From Paraphysomonas bandaiensis (lineage: Eukaryota; Protista; Chrysophyceae), in NCBI GenBank assembly GCA_965644295.1, contig CBFFRP010000265.1, positions 1 through 35,386 on the forward strand: 35,386 nucleotides of DNA, in the 5' to 3' direction. Positions 20,401 to 33,187 of the stretch are shown one piece after another. Within the stretch, counting starts at the first letter, position 1, and each line of letters starts with the position of its first letter. The notes beneath the pieces were generated by a model. The model was not told where the DNA came from. It did no database searches and saw only the letters and a list, made by a program, of their open reading frames with translations. The position numbers were made by a program, and so were the translations under genes.

Positions 20401-22685
20401 TCAGAAGACACAACGCTGCGCAATTCATTCAGTTTTGGGTACGGGATATTTGGAGAGCATGGAAGCTTAGGGCATGTCGGAAAATTTGTAGGTACGTTAT
20501 ATGATCGTGTGACGCTGTGAGTACTGATTTGTTTCTTGATACTTCCTGTTGCATCTTATGACCCTAATGGTTCGCGTAGAGTTGTGCGAAAATGGTACAG
20601 CGGCAGGAGGTCCTCTGCATGTGCCATTGCCAGGGTGTACCACCGGCATTACATTATGCGCACTACATATGCGGCCATAATCGGAAGGTATAGTACTTAC
20701 GATACTGCTTTCTGTGGTCTGAATGCATTAGTTGGAGCGTACGTGTGTCTTTGTGATACAACTCTGTGCTGTGTGTTTCTGCTGACAACATGTAATTTGT
20801 GTTCAGGCTGATGAGAAGAACGTGCTATAAGTGGCGGTTCCATAGGCGGTACACGAGGCAAAAACTTAGAGCTCTGGCTCAGATGGCCGCTGAAGTTGGG
20901 GCAAAATGGACGGCTCTTGCCGAAGAGAGGGCACGAAAAGAAGAAGAGGAGAAACGTATACAGTTACAGAAAGAGGCCGAACGAGTGGCCAAGGAGGAAG
21001 CTAGAAAATATGAAGAGGAATGCGAGAGAGAAACTTTACGTGACGCTCGGGGTTATGGAAGAATGGACCGTTTGTATTCGCTTTGGAAATCAGTTGTTCT
21101 TGATGGAGATAATAGTGCCCCTGTCTCGCCATTACAAGACGCGGCATCATCAGAGCAACTTGACCACAGGCATTCTCAAGGACATCCAATGATATCGACT
21201 TCTACTGTACAAGATGCTGAACCTGCAGGGTTTTCTCTCGAGCAATTTGTGTCGAAGTATGAGTCAGTATCAGCTGAGGTTACAAAAAAAGCTCATGACA
21301 GTAATTTTTTTCGGATGCTCTCTGATAAATCAGTTCTACCCACTCATCTACTTGAGGACGAAGTTGTTGATAAAGCGCGGCACGAAAATGAATCCTGCCG
21401 CAAAAAGAAATTAGCACACCCGGTTGACTGCAATACCGAGGAAACAGAAAAGGTGAAATCCAATTATATTTCAAAGGGGAAAATATATTACAGTGAGTGG
21501 ATGTTCGAAGATGTCGACGGCACAGTAGCACAATCAAAGCAGAAACGAAGGTCAGGACGGAAGAGCACCAAGCACTGTAGTAAGTGTGAGTCTCATACAT
21601 GTAAGTGCAAAGCATCTAAAGACCTCAGCGTCACCATGGACAAAAAAACCATTAAGAAAAGTGCGAATACCAGTGATACGGACCCCTCCATAAAACGTCC
21701 AGTTGTGACTGAAAGAGATACTGCGACCCCTGAAGTGCCGCCTGATGTAATGAAGCCACTTTCTGAAATATACGAAAATTACGACACTGAGCTTAAGCTC
21801 TTTTTGACTAAAATCAAAGAAAGAAAATTGGAGAAAGAGCGGAAGAAGAGGAAACCCCGTCCGAAATCTGCCTCAGGGGGTCGAGTTGGTCCGAGTAACT
21901 TTGACTACAGTAGTCGGCCCAAGCCGAGGCGATCGGAACAGTCCACTTCGGGGAAAATGTTGGACATTTCCAATCAACCGTTCATAGTCGACCCAAAGAC
22001 AGGCGCTAATATTTATACCAGCGATGCGGAATGTTATGTGAAGTGGTTAGAAGATACTAAACATATGCATATCGAGCAGAAGAATCCAACTCGCGTAGAA
22101 GAAGATAGACAGTCATATTTTGAGTCTCATTTACCCAGAAGGATGCATATGCCCCAGAATACTCACATGGTGGATATCCATCCAGGACGTGAGGATATCT
22201 CAAATTTTTCTCTGCCAGCAACGGACACGGGAAGGTCAAACCAAAAGGACATAGAGATTAGTCAAAAGTGCTACGATATCACAGAAGGTGGGAATGTGAA
22301 AGACGTGGAAGACGAAGGATCTTGGCTGGAGGGGTGGAATGCGGCTGAGGAGAGTGATGCGATATCCGGAGATATACCACGTAAGGCTGAATACGGCAGT
22401 GGTACGTGGAGAGACATTGTAGATGCATACGAAGAGGCCACCTATGACCAAGATGTCTATGAAGCAGCCATGTATGATTTCCATGACATGTGCATGTATG
22501 GCAATGCTCAGAGTACAGCACGACACATGTCATGGATGCCCTCGAATAAGCCCAGGAAAAGTAGTACATCTGGTGGTAAGAGTATATCGTTAAATGGAAA
22601 AAAATCTTCTAGCAGTAAACGGAAGAGCGCCAACCTCCGACCAAGTAGTGCTCGATATTCTAGACCATCGAAAATACTGATATAG
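17417..22685 (+). CDS. Tubulin-tyrosine-ligase-like protein, TTLL3/TTLL8 glycylase-type, with IQ-like motifs and a long charged tail
   Basis: Exons 17417-17580, 17625-17822, 17885-17969, 18139-20081, 20135-20491, 20580-20687, 20807-22685. QIVNHF...LTTKNGL and PRCYNL...EFAEDFRISAA (TTLL3-type), NIWVVK, VQKYVERP, KFDLRVWVLVT, HVTNYSVQK, FEFLGFDIMLDE...WILEVNMSP. Then repeated [ILV]QxxWR motifs. Confidence 0.85.
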
Positions 22686-23519
22686 AATCCTGAACGTAGT
22701 ATGATAGCTGTAATATTATTGTATTTTATATTGTATAGCATCAACAAACTGGTTGATAATTATTCGATACATCATGAGTGGAAGTATGCGTGGACTTTAT
22801 TTTACTTCAGAACACTGCATGTATTATCTGATATATGGTATCAAACGGAGATGTTGAATGTTGAATCTATAGATGTTATTGTAAAGCGATGTATTACTTG
22901 TTTGCAATGAGTCCTTCACTCTTGCGATTTGTGCTAAGTATAATATTGTACTGTACATTCTGTTCTTTATGTTGTGATAGTTAAACATTAAAAAGTTAGC
23001 TTTTTGTAAAAAACTGTTACTTGTATGCATTTATCTATACTCTATACCTATACACTATACAGGCACCAACCACTTTTATCAGAGCTGTGGTATCGAATTG
23101 TCAATCCAATGGAGACATCCATGTCATCGGTAACTGTAGTGATACAAATACTTATGTGATTATTACTTATATTACTATTAAACTACTCATAACAGTGCTA
23201 GAGTATAGAGTCCACAGCCACAGAGTATTGTTCGGAAATTGGGCGGCATTGAAATACGATATAGGGATGAACATGATGTATGTTGTATGTGAGTACCATG
23301 CTTGCAAAATATACATGATAATATCTCACATTCTTAATTCATCTATATCATAGAGAGCATCACCAATATTGAAATATGATTAGTATACAGAATATAGCTT
23401 TTATTCCGCTTTTTATATCGCAAATCAGACCCATGAGCTTCTTATTTTTCTATTGTCTAGCAATACTTACAAAAGATATGACCACAGGACGTAGGGTCAA
23501 GTTGAAGAATCACTATATA

Positions 23520-24485
23520 TTAAATGTTATGATCTGAATAAAACAGTTTCATTGTATTCTCAAGTACAATGTCAGCTAAAACTGTGGGCTCCATTTCCTT
23601 AATTGCTGCCACAACCTCCAAGACTTGCACTATCATGCACGGTTCCGCACGATCTTTGACCATCCAACCAGGTTCATACCTTTCCTTCTTTTTGGTAGGA
23701 AAGTGGGTAGTAACATACTTCATTGAGGCATGCGAATTTTTCATGGCACACCACGGGGCATCCGTTTCAAGCAGCAATCGGTCCACCGGAATCTGTTTCA
23801 CAACAGCTAAATTTTCCTCAGTTTTCAAAGAGCAACCATTTATCCCAATATACAGGCCCATAGAAGTATACGCCACCATTTCCTCTATCGTTCCTGTAAA
23901 ACTGTGAACCACTCCACCTGCGCTGATTTTATCGCGATGCTCAGTGACAAGTGCCAAGAAATCACCATCAGTGTTTCTGTCATGAAAAAACATAGGCAAC
24001 TTAAATTCACTTGCCAATTCGAGCTGTTTTATAAAGCCAATACGCTGCCAATCTTTATCACAAAACTGTAGTCGATCATAATCTAATCCACATTCTCCGA
24101 TAGCGGCCACATGACCAGTGGATAGACCGTCTTGTATAATACTACGCAATTCTGCAACAACAATTTCCTCTCCTCGTTTAAATTCATCACAACGAGTTGG
24201 ATGTACACCCACAGTAATCATTAATTCATTATTATGTTGTATATTACGAACAAATTGTAATGATTTCTTACTTTCATCTATATTCCCTGATGTTATAATA
24301 TAACGTATAACACCCATGGCATGACCTCTAGATAACACCATCTGTATATCCTCTGCATGTTTTTGTTTCTTGTTATATATTCCCATGAACATATCATCGA
24401 ATAAATTCAATCCAATATCTATAAGTTTATTCCCGTATGGTGGGAGTGTAGTGGAGGGGAGTGAGGAGGAAGTAAAGCCTTCCAT
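23520..24485 (-). CDS. TATDN1: TatD family deoxyribonuclease (TATDN1-like)
   Basis: IDIGLNL, TVGVHPT, AIGECGLDYDR, LPMFFH, GVVHSFTG, YIGINGCSLK, LLETDAPWC. Single exon. Confidence 0.92.
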   Translation of the reverse strand: MEGFTSSSLPSTTLPPYGNKLIDIGLNLFDDMFMGIYNKKQKHAEDIQMVLSRGHAMGVIRYIITSGNIDESKKSLQFVRNIQHNNELMITVGVHPTRCDEFKRGEEIVVAELRSIIQDGLSTGHVAAIGECGLDYDRLQFCDKDWQRIGFIKQLELASEFKLPMFFHDRNTDGDFLALVTEHRDKISAGGVVHSFTGTIEEMVAYTSMGLYIGINGCSLKTEENLAVVKQIPVDRLLLETDAPWCAMKNSHASMKYVTTHFPTKKKERYEPGWMVKDRAEPCMIVQVLEVVAAIKEMEPTVLADIVLENTMKLFYSDHNI

Positions 24486-24674
24486 GGTGATGTAACGGTG
24501 TATGAAAGGGTAGGAGATTGAAGGGAAAGTGGAAAGAGTACGAGATTTGATAATAGAGTGTATGGTGAAGTGTAATGGGGGGGTAGATTGAGATTACTGG
24601 AATATGATGGTGTTATATATGAGTGGGTGTGTATATATATGCATACATGCATGTGTTGTATATGTAGGTGTTTA

Positions 24675-24885
24675 CTAGTACACAGGTACACGTATATGTA
24701 CAGAGGTACACTCTGCAGAGTACTATGATACTATACACTGCTGTGTGTCATACATGTACACAGGTACATACCACAGTACTATGATACTATACACTGCTGT
24801 GTCATATATGTACACAGGTACATACCACAGTGCTGTGTCATATCTATAGGTATACACTGGTACAGACCACAGTACTGAGATGTAG
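24675..24885. repeat. Degenerate ~55-60 bp tandem repeat upstream of TatD
   Basis: Recurring gtacacaggtaca...cacagtactatgatactatacactgctgtgt units. Confidence 0.7.
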
Positions 24886-25226
24886 ACTGCTGCTTTTTAG
24901 ATTATTTTCATAGTTTTTATCTACTTTCCTCTATAAATCAGATATTTTCAGAATATTATCACGTATTTCAATAACAGAAGTACAAATAATAGATATTTTC
25001 ACAGAAAGTACGAGCAGCAGATATATTCTAACTTACTGATTGGCTTCCTCTAATTTGGTGCACCTGAATATGTCCGTTCAAGATATAATGAAAGTTTTTC
25101 ATATGACTCCACAAGATTTTTTTTTTGTAATATGAAACGGAAATAATTGTCAGTCATGTTAACTGCTTGGATTACAGATGCATGCATTGCTCATTAGTGC
25201 AGCAACAGAATATAACAACTTGAAAT

Positions 25227-26342
25227 ATGATTGTTACTACAACTATTCTTCTATCACTCTTAGCATCAGCTAATGCAGGATGTGATAATGGATGCAGTGG
25301 GCATGGATCATGCTCCTGTGGTGTTGAATGCGGATGCATATGTTATGATAACTGGGGAATGGGCCTAGCTCACGACACTGGTGACTGCTCTGATCGCATA
25401 TGCCCTTTTGAGCTTGCCTGGGTTGATGCCCCTCTTGAGAACGGTCTTCGCCATAGATATGCTGAGTGTGCAGGCAGAGGAATTTGCAACCGTGGCACAG
25501 GTGAATGCGAGTGCTTCGAAGGATACGAAGGCAAGGGATGCCAACGCACTACCTGCCCTAATGACTGCTCCGGCCATGGAACTTGCGAGTACATTGAGGA
25601 TATGGCCTATGCCGCTGTAGAATATGATTATCGCCATATGGAGTATCTTCAGGATCCTCTCACTTTCACTTATTACGGGTGGGATGCGAAGAAAACCCGT
25701 GGATGTGTATGCGACCCCGAATATGCTGATGTTGACTGCTCCAAGAGAATGTGCCCTTACGGAAATGATGTCCAGGATCGCCGTGAAAATCTTCTCGAAG
25801 ATATTCGGTACCAGACCCAGAGAATCCGCTTCACTGCTGACTCTGCCGGTAATCCTGCCAACCTCCTCTCTCAGACTGGCAACACATTCGCCCTTACTTT
25901 CAAGACTCAACTCAATGAGACCTTTACCACCATCCCAATTGTTTTTGATGCCACTGATATCCTTGGTATGGCCAATGCGATGGAGGCTGCTCTTCTCAAC
26001 TTGCCTAATGGTGTTATCGATGGTGTGCATATCCACACTGGTGTGGATGATTCCACTACCCCCACTGAACTTGTTGTCAATGTGACTTTCACAGGCGATA
26101 GCAATCAGGGACGCCAGCATCTCCTAACTGTCGAGGATTACAAGTGTGACGCAGGATGCTTTCCTAAACTCACCGGAATCCATGTCGAGCCCATGACTGG
26201 AAATAACACTGAAACCTATTTGGCAGATATGAACAGCTTTGAGTGCGGAAGAAGAGGAAAGTGCGACTATAATACTGGCTTATGCGAGTGCTTTGAGGGA
26301 TTTACTGGCCCTGCTTGCGGAACATGCACGTCTCTCATTTAA
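25227..26342 (+). CDS. Tubular mastigoneme protein (Ocm/Sig1-like, EGF-domain, secreted)
   Basis: Signal peptide, CSGHG...DCSDRICP...AWVD, ECAGRGICNRGTGECECFEGYEGKGCQRTTCPNDCSGHGTC, WD...CVCD...DCSKRMCPYGND, C-terminal ECGRRGKCDYNTGLCECFEG: the stramenopile mastigoneme protein architecture. Confidence 0.88.
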   Translation: MIVTTTILLSLLASANAGCDNGCSGHGSCSCGVECGCICYDNWGMGLAHDTGDCSDRICPFELAWVDAPLENGLRHRYAECAGRGICNRGTGECECFEGYEGKGCQRTTCPNDCSGHGTCEYIEDMAYAAVEYDYRHMEYLQDPLTFTYYGWDAKKTRGCVCDPEYADVDCSKRMCPYGNDVQDRRENLLEDIRYQTQRIRFTADSAGNPANLLSQTGNTFALTFKTQLNETFTTIPIVFDATDILGMANAMEAALLNLPNGVIDGVHIHTGVDDSTTPTELVVNVTFTGDSNQGRQHLLTVEDYKCDAGCFPKLTGIHVEPMTGNNTETYLADMNSFECGRRGKCDYNTGLCECFEGFTGPACGTCTSLI

Positions 26343-26575
26343 ACGTCTGATAATTACGTTTGTATTTTGTAAAACTTTGTTATTGGAATATTGATAACTT
26401 AATTAAACTTATCATCATAAATCACGTCGAATAATTGTGTCTTCCAGTGAAGCCGTAAGGCTATATATATTATTATTACTTATTATTATTGCCTACACAA
26501 TTGTGTCTTTCTGCAGAACGCTAATTTCCGACATACAACATAATTTTAACAAATAATGTCGTTCTGTCTTCAGAG

Positions 26576-29192
26576 GTGTCACGCAGGGTGGAACTGAGTC
26601 CACATGCGCCTGGGTGGCGATCTACGATATACCCCTCGCATGGTTTGACCTGGCCCTACCCACATATAGCGAACCAACAGCTCCATCGCCTGCACCACCG
26701 TGTCCTCAGAGAGCCCCTCGTGGCCCCAATCAAGACTCAACACCTACCACAAGCACAGCTTCCTCTACCCCCCTCATTGATTCAATATCTACCATTGCCC
26801 CCGCACCCTCTACTACCTCTCCTGCCACCTCTCTTAAACTCAACATTGCTTTTGCGGACGAGCTCACCAAGATTGCATCTTCCATATACGAGAGGCGCAA
26901 GCATTAGCGGGTCGCATCTCCTCTTTCTGCGCTTCTTCTGGCATGAAAATAGCGATAAACAAAGTGATCTACACTGTATTCTGTATTCCCACATCGTTCC
27001 ACTGTTGGCATATCTCATAGGTCGATGGGATACATCATCCTGCATGACTGGCGCTGGACAGCGCACCCCATCCCTATTTCCACTACTTCACTTGCCAAGA
27101 CGCTTTGGTCGCCTTGTAGAGAAAAGCATGCGTCTCTATGACCATTAACTTACATTTTTCGAGGCTTGTTGCCTAATGCAGAGGTGAGTGCTCGCGGATT
27201 GGAGGTATGTCTTGCACTAAGTGAAGGAGTCAACATCAGAGGTTGTAAGGGGGAGGTCTACACCGAGGTATCTTATGGATTCAAGCTCCCTCCAAAGAGC
27301 ACTGATCCTAGGAGGTGCAGCCCAGACTGCTGCCCGCTTCCTTCTGTCCCAGCCAGGCAATAGAGCCAAGTCCGTTACACCACCGTTTCACTCTAAGCCT
27401 CCGTAAATGGGGTGCAGAAGTGGGACCAACTCTACAACAACCCCCTCCACCTGACCGACCCCCTCGATGAGCACATCTTCACTGATATCACAGATATATG
27501 CTACACCTTGGTGATTTCTCCCCCGACTCCTGTCACGCAATATTCACGGATGGCTCATACAAGCCGGAATTACTTGGGTCACACACTGCCTCACGCATGT
27601 CAGTTTCCATACACGATGGTCTCACTCGGGTGGCGCGGCAATCGTGTGGCTCCCACCGGAGAGCGCTTGGAAATGTGGTTGAGCCAAAATTCTCCGACTA
27701 ACGACTCCTGTGAGGGACATATACCTGGAATAGATCCTTATGCGTAAGAACTTCTAGCAGTTGTCACAGTCTCATACTATTCTCACGTGTTCCTGCCCAC
27801 ATTCCTATCAATACAGACTGTAAGCAAGGCCGTCTGCTTGAGAACTGGGGAGGCACTCTTCATGCGACGACGCGGGCTTGGAAATCGTGCTAAAGGAATC
27901 TTCCTTGAATGCATTGCCACGGCCAAAACGTGCACCAAGAGGACCATTAATTGGGTCCGTTCACACGCCCGATGAATCTCAATGGACGTATGAAGACAAA
28001 GGTATTTGATAGCAGACGCGATTGCAGGGGGTGACTGGTTGGAAGTTGGCCGCATGTTAGGTCGCAACAATTACACTTTTTGTGAAATTGATGTTACCAG
28101 AGTCATGAAGCGTCTCCTCACGTCTGGAATATGGCATTAGCAACTGTCCGGTATACGCCGGCTGACTCATACCCACCCCATGATCACTGATTTCTAATCT
28201 CTTCGCGATCAACGGACGCTAGAGAATTATACTGCGCTCAGTGACCGACTCTATGGTAATATTCAGGATCGTGCACCTGGATACTGGAAGGATAGTGGTG
28301 CCTTACTCCCGCACAAACTGGTCCTCACTGGCCGTGGCATCCAAGGTCAAGGACAGTTCCCAACTAGAGGACAACCCATACTTAATACAGCCCTGGCATG
28401 GGACAAATCCTACAGCAATGGTAGGAGTAGGGCGAAAACAAAGCTGGGACTTGATCTAAACAAAACCAGATGCGTTGATTGTGGCTTTCGGCTTGACTCT
28501 CTTAAACATATGTGTCTGGATTGCCCACACTACTCCATCTCTCAGATACGCGACTCCGCCTTTCAGAGACACAAGCAAGGAGTGTCCTAATTGATCCAAC
28601 TCTCCCACTTTGGAGCTCCGCCATTCTGCTGAAGAAACTCTCTCGTAGAGCCTGGAATACCTTCCTCCCGCAGGTTGAACGATTCTGGACAGGAATCATT
28701 ACCGAAGCTCAAATGGAAAGCGCGTTCGGACCACAGTACCAGTGCTCCCTCAATGCGCGTGGACTACGTACCATTGAAACAGCAATTGTTACCTTCCTTC
28801 AACCGCTCTATACTGCAGCCAAACAAATGATCCAAAATCGGAGTGGGCGTTAGGCTGCTGCCACCCAGAGGGGGCCACATAGACTTCCCCCTAGACCGCG
28901 GGAGCGACGTAGACACACACGACGCCCCCCCAACTCTCGCTCAAAATGCTGTAATATGCGATTTAAATTGAGGAGACCTAAGTCGGCCCCGCCTTCCTCT
29001 TCCGCCACCCCCATCCCAGCAGAGACGCCACGACGTCAACTTTGTCAGCTACTCCTCTGTCCAATCTCGCAGGAGCCCAAACTTACTCCCTCGTCCATGT
29101 ATCTCAGGTTAAGAACACTTGACTCACTAATACAGACTCCTCCTCCTCAGAGTCTCGAGGAGCCCTGTCCTAAGGGGCGTCCTCCTGACTGA
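26576..29192 (+). mobile_element. Decayed 5'-truncated non-LTR retrotransposon with RNase H domain
   Basis: GC-rich intronless block with stops and frameshifts. RNase H motifs in order: IFTDGSY (~27540), A*ELLAV, TDC, WVRSHA, ADAIA (~28020). Then a CxxC...H knuckle (CVDCGFRLDSLKH) and a Pro-rich end ...GRPPD*. Boundaries approximate; no intact RT core visible. Confidence 0.8.
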
Positions 29193-29599
29193 ACCTTCTG
29201 TCCCTAACGGACTGACGTCGTCAGGAGAGAGCCTCTCCCTCACACACAAGAACGGAAGTGGTTGCGTCTTGGTGCTTGCGGCGACGCACAAGCAGCTTCC
29301 GTAGCGTCAAATAGTAGGATATGAGAATTTACACTAGTTAGTTACTGGTAGAGGTCGATCTAGCTTGACTAGTCATCATCTAACTACTTATCTGGTTTCG
29401 ATTCTTGATGCCTACTGCTAATACTATAGTCCTGTCTTTGGGAAATACACGTAACTACTACTCCTCATTGGATTCGATAAAAGTAATGTCGGGAGCTGAA
29501 GACTTCGTAAGTTAATTTGTAATTAAGGTAACATATATTTAACACATAATAGTATATCACAAAATCCTATGTATTATACTGGTCTATTCTCAGCAGTTA

Positions 29600-30208
29600 C
29601 TAGGAGAAATGTTTCAATTTCGTCATCTTTTTAATTGTTTCGTGATCAAAAGTCTCGATAATACCCTGAAAAAAGGTTTGTTAACAATATATATTTACAT
29701 AGTTGGCGTTATACATACATCTGGCATCATTTCGTCCAGTGATATACTAAGCTTCCCGTAGTTATCGGGAATCAAAAGCCCAGCTTCAGCGGCCCTCACA
29801 TCCACCGATGAGTCAGTAAGTATCTGGTGTATAAGCTCCATGACGTCAGATACTATAAATATAATAACATATTGCAATATATATGTTTGAAAATGTACTC
29901 ACAAATAAGTTCATCGACATCATCTGTTCCAGTTAGAAATATAATAAGATCACCATATGCTTGCAATAAAACATGTACATTCCTTATAAAACATTCATTA
30001 AAACTATTAATTATAATAAATTAAATACATACAAGAAAGATACAGCTTGTTTCGTTGCAGCTCGACACCAGTATCCTCTAGTGTGTCGAAACAAGTAGCG
30101 TTCAAAGTATGATCTTCCATCAAGTGTAGATAGAACCTCTGAATCATAGTACTTGGTAAAAAGAACAACTCCAGTAGAGTTAGTAATAACAACACTATGA
30201 ACTGGCAT
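29600..30208 (-). CDS. Longin/sigma-type adaptor small subunit, most like TSPOON/LOLITA of the TSET/TPLATE complex
   Basis: Exons 30208-30033, 29982-29903, 29852-29719, 29665-29600 give MPVHSVVITNSTGVVLFTKYY...YGDLIIFLTGTDDVDELILSD...DNYGKLSISLDEMMPDGIIETFDHETIKKMTKLKHFS. Confidence 0.75.
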
Positions 30209-30676
30209 GTTTATATGTGTGTATGTTGTTTACATGCATATATATATATATATGTGTATATATGAATCTGTCAATGCTTCACACAACTCACTCGACCTAA
30301 TAGCTATATATACAAAATTACCACTTTTCACGAAATACTTTTCATAAAATGTGTATTTTTTTGTGAAAAGTATGTATTTTTGAGGGCTTCTGATATGAAA
30401 TTAATATAAGTGCAGTATGTACTATACTGTAATTTATGCAAATTGTGAAAAGTATCGATTTTAGAGGCATGAGATTGTGCAAATTCCCGATGTCGACTGA
30501 AAATAGGATTTTAGTCATATAAAAATTAAAAATACTTGATTTTCTGATCATGATTTTTCCTCCAAGTAATACGAATTAAATGCAGTCACAATCTTGCATT
30601 CAATCCAGTTGCCACTTTATGCATTAATAAGGTACAAGTCAATCTCCCGTTGACGTGTTATTGAATTCCTAGTGAA

Positions 30677-32607
30677 ATGAATTACGGTGGAAGTGATATT
30701 GGTGCAATTGTTGCAGATATAGGCAGTCATTCCTCTAGAATAGGCTTTGCAGGAGATGACTACCCCAAAGCCTATACATCAACGGTAATTCACATACTCT
30801 ACTACCACTTTAATACAATATCATAACATACGGTATTATATTATACTACAGTGTGTAGGTATTATAAATAATCATACAGAAGATCAAATGGAAGTTGAAG
30901 TGAGTCAAGAGAATTCTAAGAATATTCATTTCAATTTATCAGAATTTCATCCACATATGGAAATTGAACATATTGTACGGGATGGTATCATAACTAACTG
31001 GGATTTACTTGAAGAATTATGGGATCATTCATTAGCCAATCATCTTAAAGTAGATACGAAGGAGACGCCTATTCTCATTGCAGAGAAGTCGTATAATTCA
31101 TCTGATGCCAGACAGAAGTAAGTCACTGTATTGCTATATATATATAGTGTATACACGTATGTATTGTATGGCACTAGTATTAAGAGTAGTGTATGAATCT
31201 AGTGTACATGTGTAGTATATGAATGTATGTGTACATGTATAGTACATGAGTATAGTGTTTACACGTATGTATCATATGGCACTAGTATTAAGAGTAGTGT
31301 ATTAATACAGTATGTGAATCTAGTATATGAAGATATGTGTACATGTATAGCATGTGAATACTTGTGTATGAAGTATAGTATATTAAGAGTAGTGTATGAA
31401 TCTAGTGTACATGTGTAGTATATGAGTATAGTGTATACATGTATGTATAATATGACCCTGGTATTAAGTATAGTATGTGAATATAGTGTGCATATATAGT
31501 CCATAAATACAGTGTATAAAGCTAGTATATGAATCTAGTTATATATATATATACTAATACGTTCTACAGAATGTGTGAGCTTATGTTTGAGAAGTACAAT
31601 ACTCCAGCACTGTTCATATCCAAAGATGCAGTACTATCATGCTATTCGTGTGGTAAAACAACTGGTGTGGCTATTGATTGTGGTGCGAGTGGGACGGTAG
31701 TCACCCCTGTATATGAAGGATGGGCTGAAACTAGTGCCATTAGTCGAGGGGTAGTTGGGGGGAGGTTCATGGATGCTTATCTCTTAAAAATGCTGGGTCG
31801 CCATATGCAGCAACACTATTCACTTCCACAACCAAAGCCTCTATTCCGTCTCAAGAAAGTTGTTGATCCCGTCACAGGAGCATTATCTTGCCAGCCCAAT
31901 AATGCCCTTGAGAATGTTCATCCTAGCTATGACGCGTATATGCATCTGGAAATGGCTCGTGACATGAAAGAATCGGTATGCCGCACCGCTGAGGCGTCAT
32001 CGACCCTCACAGATGGAGATCCACGGTATGCGAATATTCCCCTGCTCCCGCATGTTCTTCCGGACGGCACAGTAGTGGACGTCGGGGCAGAGCGGTTTCT
32101 CCCTCCAGAATTACTCTTTGATCCTTCACAGCTTGATTTGGAGGCACCAGAACTGGTGGCTCTTGGGTTGGCGCCCTCTTGTTCTGGTGGTCTTCCAGGG
32201 AGTACTGATCCAGTGGAAAAGTTAGTGGTGGACTCCATTTTGCGCTGTGATGCTGATAGTCAGGTATGCAGAATGTGTCTATATTCATCTGTTTGTTAGA
32301 TCGTATGTATTTCAATCACGAGACTGCTATACAGGCCACCTTCGCCAACAATTTAATTGTGACGGGCGGAAACTCTGCCTATGATGGCATGCCCGAACGC
32401 ATCCGACAAGAGGTCGATCGAGCCGCCCATAAAAATGCTCCAAATTGGAGGACTAACGTACTTTCCTCAGGAGCTAAGGAACGCCCGATATGTACCTGGA
32501 TAGGGGGTTCTATTATAGCATCTCTTGGGTCTTTACGCGAAATGTGGATGGCGCGCAGTGAATATGATGAACATGGAAGTGCCTTAATCGATAGGAAGTG
32601 CCCGTAG
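30677..32607 (+). CDS. ARP4: Actin-related protein 4 (ACTL6/BAF53-like)
   Basis: Exons 30677-30784, 30852-31117, 31570-32263, 32335-32607. YGGSDIGAIVADIGS...RIGFAGDDYPK, ELMFEKY, WIGGSIIASLGS, C-terminal RKCP. Confidence 0.92.
31140..31500. repeat. Low-complexity minisatellite expanding ARP4 intron 2
   Basis: Recurring tagtattaagagtagtgtatgaatctagtgtacatgtgtagtatatga units. Confidence 0.75.
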
Positions 32608-33187
32608 TTTCACATGAGGATACGACATGCATGTGTATGTAATAAATAGTTAGAGTTTGTGTACACTCTTTTTTGTGGGGTAGCTTCCTTCAATAGGAAG
32701 AATCCATGCTACGTCTCAGACCGGAAACACCTAAAAAGCAAGAATAATATTATCAAGAAATTCTGAGTTCTGAGTGCTTGTTATGTGAATTATGATTTAT
32801 ACGTTCATGTACTCCAAAAATATGAATTAAATTCGGTTGAGTATGTAGTAACTTCAACTATAATTTATCACAGTTGTCCTTGCAATAATTAGATCTTTCG
32901 TCCAACATTTCCAAGGCATGTGAAGCCTGTCGACTGTCGAGCGCAGCTATTCTTATTACCTCAGTGTAGTGCAAAAATATGCATTCTACTATACTTAATT
33001 TGATGTTGCTTCTGAAAGCATATCTCAATTAATTTTTAAAGAGGGTGAAAAACGTATCTATTATCTGGCTTGCGTGGCAATTAATGGAATTACCAATTAA
33101 AGTAATTGGTTAAAATTTAAAATATGATATATGAAATGTGCCGATTAATTAGCTGGCTTAATTAAGTATATAGCATCAGAAGCTGTT

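Noticed and set aside
22701-23353. Short ORFs between TTLL and TatD
   Set aside because: AT-rich convergent intergenic DNA with implausible amino-acid composition.
25365-26120. 251-aa antisense ORF over the mastigoneme gene
   Set aside because: Shadow of biased codon usage on the sense gene; no motif.
17417-26342. Flagellar gene cluster (TTLL3-like plus mastigoneme protein)
   Set aside because: Only two genes, separated by TatD; chance adjacency is likely.
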